DNA of 63,465 bases, filler included. It is 4 parts of 4 records of this genome, joined end to end, with 100 filler letters (N's around TTAATTAATTAA, not from the genome) between each part and the next. Parts side by side here need not be neighbours in the genome. Positions count along the whole stretch, not along the records: positions 51,657 to 63,465 come from SRR20825006_753; 3 more parts are not named here. The stretch is one strand, 5' to 3'. The position numbers were made by a program, and so were the translations under genes. Of this stretch, positions 58,975 to 63,465 are shown one piece after another. Within the stretch, counting starts at the first letter, position 1; the number at the start of each line of letters is the position of its first letter. The notes under the pieces were generated by a model, which saw nothing but the letters and a program-made list of their open reading frames with translations, was not told where the DNA came from and did not search any database.

Positions 58975-60807
58975 TTACTCGCTTTTTGGCCCCTCGCGCG
59001 CTGAAAGCCGCGCAGATGCGGGCATTGAAAGAGGAAACAGCAGATCGACAAACCGCTCGGCTGTCGGCTGTGGCTCATGATTGGCGAGACCCGGTCGCTC
59101 ATTAGCCTCGATAAAGGCATAGTCCGGGTTTTGGGGCGACTTGATCATCAAATCAATCCCCACCACCGGAATATTTATCGCCCGTGCGGCAGAAATCGCC
59201 GCATCCACAAGCTTGGGATGGACGATATCGGTCACATCATGGATCGTGCCGCCGGTATGCAGGTTGGCGGTCCGCCGCACCCGGATCTCCTTGCCCTCTT
59301 CCGGCACATCGGCAAATGTGTACCCGGCAGAGCGCACCGTTCGTTCTGTCTCCGCGTCCAGCGGAATGGATGATTCACCGCTCGTGGCTGCCGAGCGCCG
59401 CGCACTTTGTGCAGCGATCAGCTGCTCAATACTGGAATGACCATCACCAACAATATGAGCCGGACGGCGGACCGCTGCAGCCACCAGACGGTAATTGATC
59501 ACGATCAGACGCAGATCGTCACCTTCGACCATTTCCTCAATCAGCACCGTATCGCAGTAGGCCTTGGCCTTTTCAACGGCTTCACGCACCTCCTCCAGCG
59601 AGGAAACGCCAACCGAAATTCCGCGACCCTGTTCACCCCGTGCGGGTTTGACGACCAGAGCGCCAGCCTGTTCGAGAAAACCGGCAACGGCCTCCTCTCC
59701 GGCGTCGGACGTCATCTGGCGCGGCACACGCACACCTGCCTCTTCAACAAAGCGGCGGGTGACCGATTTGTCATCGCAGATTGACATCGATACCGCTGAC
59801 GTCAACTCCGTCAGACTTTCCCGGCAATGGATAGAGCGCCCGCCATAAGACAGCCGGAAAAAACCGCCCGCCGCATCCGTTACTTCCGCCGAAATGCCAC
59901 GCCTGCGGGCCTCGGCTACAATAAGCTGGGCGTAGGGGTTCAACGCTTCATAGTCCGCCTGCTCCGGTCCGGTAAACAGCTTCTCGTTGATATGGTTCTT
60001 GCGTTTGACCGTGAAGAAGGGCACCCGTTTGAACCCGAGCTTCTCATAAAGACGGATCGCCGGGTTATCGTGAAGCACCGAAAGATCAAGATAGGCAGCA
60101 CCGCGCGCCATGAAATGCTCAGCGAGTCGACGGACCAGAGCTTCCCCGATACCGCGCTGACGGGCCTGCGGATCACTGGCAAGACACCACAACGATGCGC
60201 CGCGCTCAGGATCATTGAAGACCCGCGAATGATCGATGCCGGTGACTGTACCCAGAATATCGCCAGTATGCTCGTCTTCTGCGACAAAATAGACAATCGA
60301 CCGGGCATCACGCTGACGCCAGAAGAAATCCGGTCTGACAGGAACCATTGCACGGGCGGAATAAATCCGGTTGATCGCCTGCGCGTCAATTTCAGATGTC
60401 AGCCGCCGGATGAAAAAGCCCTGCGGCGGCTCCGGCGCAGAACGATAGGTAGAAAAGTCGAGCCGGTAGGTATGCGAAGGATCAAGGAACACTTCCTGCG
60501 GTGCGGTGGCCAGCACCACATGCGGATCACGCACATAAATCGCGATATCACGATGATCCGGAACTTCCGCACGCAGCGTCTCTACCAGAAGCTTGGTATC
60601 GGAAAAGGTCTGCCCAAAGACAATCCGTCCCCAGCCGCAATCAACGGAAACGTCCCGCTTGGGCCGATTTTGCTCTTCCTGACCACCGATCGGCGGCTTC
60701 ATGCCCTGCTCACGCATTCGCCTTAGCCGGTGTTTATAGGCATCGCGGTTGCGATGATCTTTGCCACTATGATCGTGCGGATCTTTCGGTCCTTTATCGG
60801 ATGTCAT
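58975..60807 (-). CDS. ngg: N-acetylglutaminylglutamine synthetase (GNAT + ATP-grasp)
   Basis: CGWGR..FGQT, SLWCLA, VKPARGEQGRG, NLHTGG, EANERPGLANH. Confidence 0.92.
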   Translation of the reverse strand: MTSDKGPKDPHDHSGKDHRNRDAYKHRLRRMREQGMKPPIGGQEEQNRPKRDVSVDCGWGRIVFGQTFSDTKLLVETLRAEVPDHRDIAIYVRDPHVVLATAPQEVFLDPSHTYRLDFSTYRSAPEPPQGFFIRRLTSEIDAQAINRIYSARAMVPVRPDFFWRQRDARSIVYFVAEDEHTGDILGTVTGIDHSRVFNDPERGASLWCLASDPQARQRGIGEALVRRLAEHFMARGAAYLDLSVLHDNPAIRLYEKLGFKRVPFFTVKRKNHINEKLFTGPEQADYEALNPYAQLIVAEARRRGISAEVTDAAGGFFRLSYGGRSIHCRESLTELTSAVSMSICDDKSVTRRFVEEAGVRVPRQMTSDAGEEAVAGFLEQAGALVVKPARGEQGRGISVGVSSLEEVREAVEKAKAYCDTVLIEEMVEGDDLRLIVINYRLVAAAVRRPAHIVGDGHSSIEQLIAAQSARRSAATSGESSIPLDAETERTVRSAGYTFADVPEEGKEIRVRRTANLHTGGTIHDVTDIVHPKLVDAAISAARAINIPVVGIDLMIKSPQNPDYAFIEANERPGLANHEPQPTAERFVDLLFPLSMPASARLSAREGPKSE

Positions 60808-60819
60808 CCGCGGGCTCCC

Positions 60820-62595
60820 CTAGATGTCGTGGGATTGCAGCCACATTTCCAACAGGGCGACCTGCCAGAGCTCGGACCCACGCAGCGGCGTGATGTGGTT
60901 GATCGGGTCAATAAACAGATCATCAAGATAGGATTTCCTGAACAGCCCGCGCTCACTGGAAACCTGGCTGGTCAGCGTATCCCGGACCATATCGAGATAT
61001 TCGCCGGAGATATATTTCAGCTGCGGAACCGGGAAATACCCCTTCTTGCGATCAATCACTTCATGCGGCACAACCTTGCGTGCGGCATCCTTCAAAACGC
61101 CCTTGCCGCCATCATTGAGCTTGAATTCAGGCGGAATACTGGCCGCAAGCTCCGCCAGTTCGTGATCCAGAAACGGCACACGCGCCTCAAGCCCCCAGGC
61201 CATAGTCATATTGTCGACGCGCTTAACCGGATCGTCAACCAGCATCACCTGGCTGTCGAGCCTGAGTGCCCTGTCTACCGGACCTTGCGCACCCGGCTGC
61301 ATCAGATGACTTTCAACAAAGGCCCGGCTGACATCTTCCTCCGCCAGCCATTCCGGCGAAAGGTGCCGCGCCATCTTCGCATGATCACGGTCGAAAAAGC
61401 CCTTGGCATAGTCCCCGACGACATCGTTCGAATTCTCCAGCGGCGGATACCAGTGGTAACCCGCGAAGATTTCATCCGCCCCCTGACCCGACTGCACCAC
61501 CTTGATATGTTTCGAAACTTCGCGAGAGAGCAGGAAGAAGCCGATATTGTCATAGGACACCATCGGTTCCGACATGGCGTTGATGGTATCGGGCAGCGCG
61601 CCCATCAGATCAGAAGAGGGAACGAAAATCTTGTGATGATCGGTTCCGAAGCGCTCGGCAATCAGGTCGGAATAGCTGAACTCATCGCCTTTTTCGCCAT
61701 TGGCCTCTTCAAAGCCAATGGAAAACGTCATCAGATCCTTCTGGCCTTCTTCCGCCAGAAGCCCGGTAATGATGGACGAGTCCACACCGCCGGAAAGAAG
61801 AACACCAACTGGCACATCGGCAACCATGCGGCGGCGCACGGCCAGACGCAGCGCTTCCAGCACACGGTCACGCCACTCATCGCGGGACAGCTTGGCGGTT
61901 TCCGGATCGCGCTGATGGCTGGGCGACCAGTAGCGGATATCCTCAAAGGCACCATCCGGCTCAAAGCAACGGATCGTGGCTGGTGGCAGCTTGCGCACCC
62001 CTTTCAGGATCGTGTAGGGCGGCGGCACAACAGCGTGAAATGACATGTAGTGATGAAGCGCAACCGGATCGATATTCTTGTCGATGCCTCCACCCTTCAA
62101 CAGGGCAGGCAGCGTTGAGGCAAACCGGATATTTTTGCCGCTGTTGGCATAGTAGAGCGGCTTGATGCCGAAACGATCACGGGCGATCATAGCCCGGCCG
62201 GTTTCGCGCTCAACCACGGCAAAGGCAAACATGCCGTGGAAGCGCTTCACGCAATCGCGCCCCCAGGCATGATAAGCCTTCATGATCACTTCTGTGTCGC
62301 CAGTGGAAAAGAAGTGATAGCCAAGCTCGATCAACTCTTTTCTGAGTTCTGGATAATTATAAATGCAACCATTGAAGACGATGGTCAGCCCCAGCTCCGG
62401 GTCCGTCATTGGTTGTGAGGCTTTTTCCGACAGATCAATAATTTTCAGCCGGCGATGGCCAAAAGCAAACCGTCCCTGCGCGAAGACACCGCTTCCATCA
62501 GGTCCGCGCGGCGCAAGCGCCTCGGTAATACGCGCCACGGCTTCGGCGTCTGCAAGCGTTCCATCGAATCTGATTTCTCCGGCAATACCACACAT
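60820..62595 (-). CDS. asnO: N-acetylglutaminylglutamine amidotransferase (asparagine synthase-like)
   Basis: MCGIAG (Ntn Cys, start 62595), RGPD, LSGGVDSS, SGQGADE, RVPFLD; lies upstream of ngg. Confidence 0.92.
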   Translation of the reverse strand: MCGIAGEIRFDGTLADAEAVARITEALAPRGPDGSGVFAQGRFAFGHRRLKIIDLSEKASQPMTDPELGLTIVFNGCIYNYPELRKELIELGYHFFSTGDTEVIMKAYHAWGRDCVKRFHGMFAFAVVERETGRAMIARDRFGIKPLYYANSGKNIRFASTLPALLKGGGIDKNIDPVALHHYMSFHAVVPPPYTILKGVRKLPPATIRCFEPDGAFEDIRYWSPSHQRDPETAKLSRDEWRDRVLEALRLAVRRRMVADVPVGVLLSGGVDSSIITGLLAEEGQKDLMTFSIGFEEANGEKGDEFSYSDLIAERFGTDHHKIFVPSSDLMGALPDTINAMSEPMVSYDNIGFFLLSREVSKHIKVVQSGQGADEIFAGYHWYPPLENSNDVVGDYAKGFFDRDHAKMARHLSPEWLAEEDVSRAFVESHLMQPGAQGPVDRALRLDSQVMLVDDPVKRVDNMTMAWGLEARVPFLDHELAELAASIPPEFKLNDGGKGVLKDAARKVVPHEVIDRKKGYFPVPQLKYISGEYLDMVRDTLTSQVSSERGLFRKSYLDDLFIDPINHITPLRGSELWQVALLEMWLQSHDI

Positions 62596-62649
62596 GATCG
62601 GGTCGGGTTCTCCTGTGAGATGCATTTAGCGGGCAGATGCCCAATGAAG

Positions 62650-62706
62650 GTTACAACTTAGTTACAACAGAAATCATTTGAGTTCAAATCATTTTTGTTG
62701 TAACTA
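62650..62706. promoter_or_regulatory. Long palindrome between divergent asnO and marR; probable operator
   Basis: Arms 62659-62681 and 62684-62706 match 21/23; a third GTTACAAC lies at 62650. Confidence 0.75.
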
Positions 62707-62712
62707 TCCGCC

Positions 62713-63228
62713 ATGACGAACATCAAAAACCTAGGTCTGAATAGAGACGCCAGTGTGACGCCCGGCAATGCGCAATCGGTCATGAAATCGATCCGGCGCA
62801 TCGCCCACGCCATTGATACGCGTTCAAAACGTATTGGCCGGGAAACGGGACTGACCATTCCGCAGATTGTTGTATTGCAGGCCGTCCACGACCAGGGAGC
62901 GCTGACGACGGCGGCAATCTCGAAGCAGGCCGACCTCAGCCCTGCAACAACGGTTTCAATTCTCGACAAGCTGGAGGCTAAAGGGTTGATCGAGCGAAAG
63001 CGTTCCTCGACAGACCGGCGCAAGGTGCAGGCTGTTCTGACAGAAAGCGGAACAGAAACGCTGGAGCATGCACCATCATTATTCGCCAGCGGCTTTGCGG
63101 CGGAGTTTGCAGGCTTTTCGGACAGTGAACAGCAGACCATCGTCACCGCCTTCCTCAAGGTCGCAAACCTGCTTGACCCGCAGGATGAGACAATACCGGC
63201 ATCGGCAACGGCCCATCGCAATCAATGA
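62713..63228 (+). CDS. MarR family regulator (EctR/CosR-like)
   Basis: SIRRIAHAID..SK, GLTIPQ, LSPAT...ILDKLE.KGLIER.RS..DRR...LT..G. Confidence 0.88.
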   Translation: MTNIKNLGLNRDASVTPGNAQSVMKSIRRIAHAIDTRSKRIGRETGLTIPQIVVLQAVHDQGALTTAAISKQADLSPATTVSILDKLEAKGLIERKRSSTDRRKVQAVLTESGTETLEHAPSLFASGFAAEFAGFSDSEQQTIVTAFLKVANLLDPQDETIPASATAHRNQ

Positions 63229-63263
63229 AGAGACACGTGAATGCCGGCATGGTGCTTCACTGA

Positions 63264-63464
63264 TCAATGCCCGCGCAATGCAGCGATAAGATCGCCCTTG
63301 TTCATTTTTGACCGTCCTTCAATACCAATCTCGCGCGCCCGATCATAAAGTTTCTCGCGTGACCAGGCTTCGTAAGGATCGGCTCGCCCGCCCTTTCGTG
63401 AGGGGCTCATATCGTCATTGGCTTGCGCATTGGCGATGCGCGCAGCCTTTTCTTTCGACGCGCC
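63264..63464 (-). CDS. Small Rho_N-like domain protein (5'-truncated; absent from the ORF track)
   Basis: GASKEKAARIANAQ...KGG...YEAWSREKLYDRAREIGIEGRSKMNKGDLIAALRGH*. Confidence 0.78.
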   Translation of the reverse strand, partial: GASKEKAARIANAQANDDMSPSRKGGRADPYEAWSREKLYDRAREIGIEGRSKMNKGDLIAALRGH

Positions 63465-63465
63465 G

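Overview
This window is not one genome. It is four unrelated contigs joined by an artificial 100-bp linker (44 N + TTAATTAATTAA + 44 N) at 23418-23517, 37944-38043 and 51557-51656. Contig A (1-23417; GC-rich, Alphaproteobacteria-like, probably Rhodospirillales) has a truncated FG-GAP-repeat gene and a full RTX + FG-GAP secreted protein. These are followed by a Wzx/Wzy-type exopolysaccharide cluster that contains two unexplained proteins and a HicA-like toxin-antitoxin pair, and then a degenerate EAL protein. Contig B (23518-37943; AT-rich Bacteroidota) has a D,D-dipeptidase, an aminotransferase, two T9SS cargo proteins, a cbb3 oxidase operon whose CcoP carries an extra N-terminal cytochrome c, and an ECF sigma factor coupled to an FGE-sulfatase-domain membrane protein. 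Contig C (38044-51556; Flavobacteriaceae-like) is one end of a tRNA(CAT)-integrated defence island. It holds an att fragment, an integrase, AbiEi/AbiEii, an IS3 scar and two orphan nucleases. It also has a coupled operon of a half-methyltransferase, a nuclease-helicase-methyltransferase-TRD protein and GmrSD-DUF4268. Contig D (51657-63465; Alphaproteobacteria) has a peptide ABC transporter with GntR and amidase, and the NAGGN osmolyte operon divergent from a MarR gene across a near-perfect 48-bp palindrome. The best candidates for something undescribed are the possibly split-methyltransferase R-M operon, MarR control of NAGGN synthesis, the CcoP fusion and the ECF/FGE-domain pair. All family calls and taxonomic guesses come from recognising motifs by eye; no database search was run.
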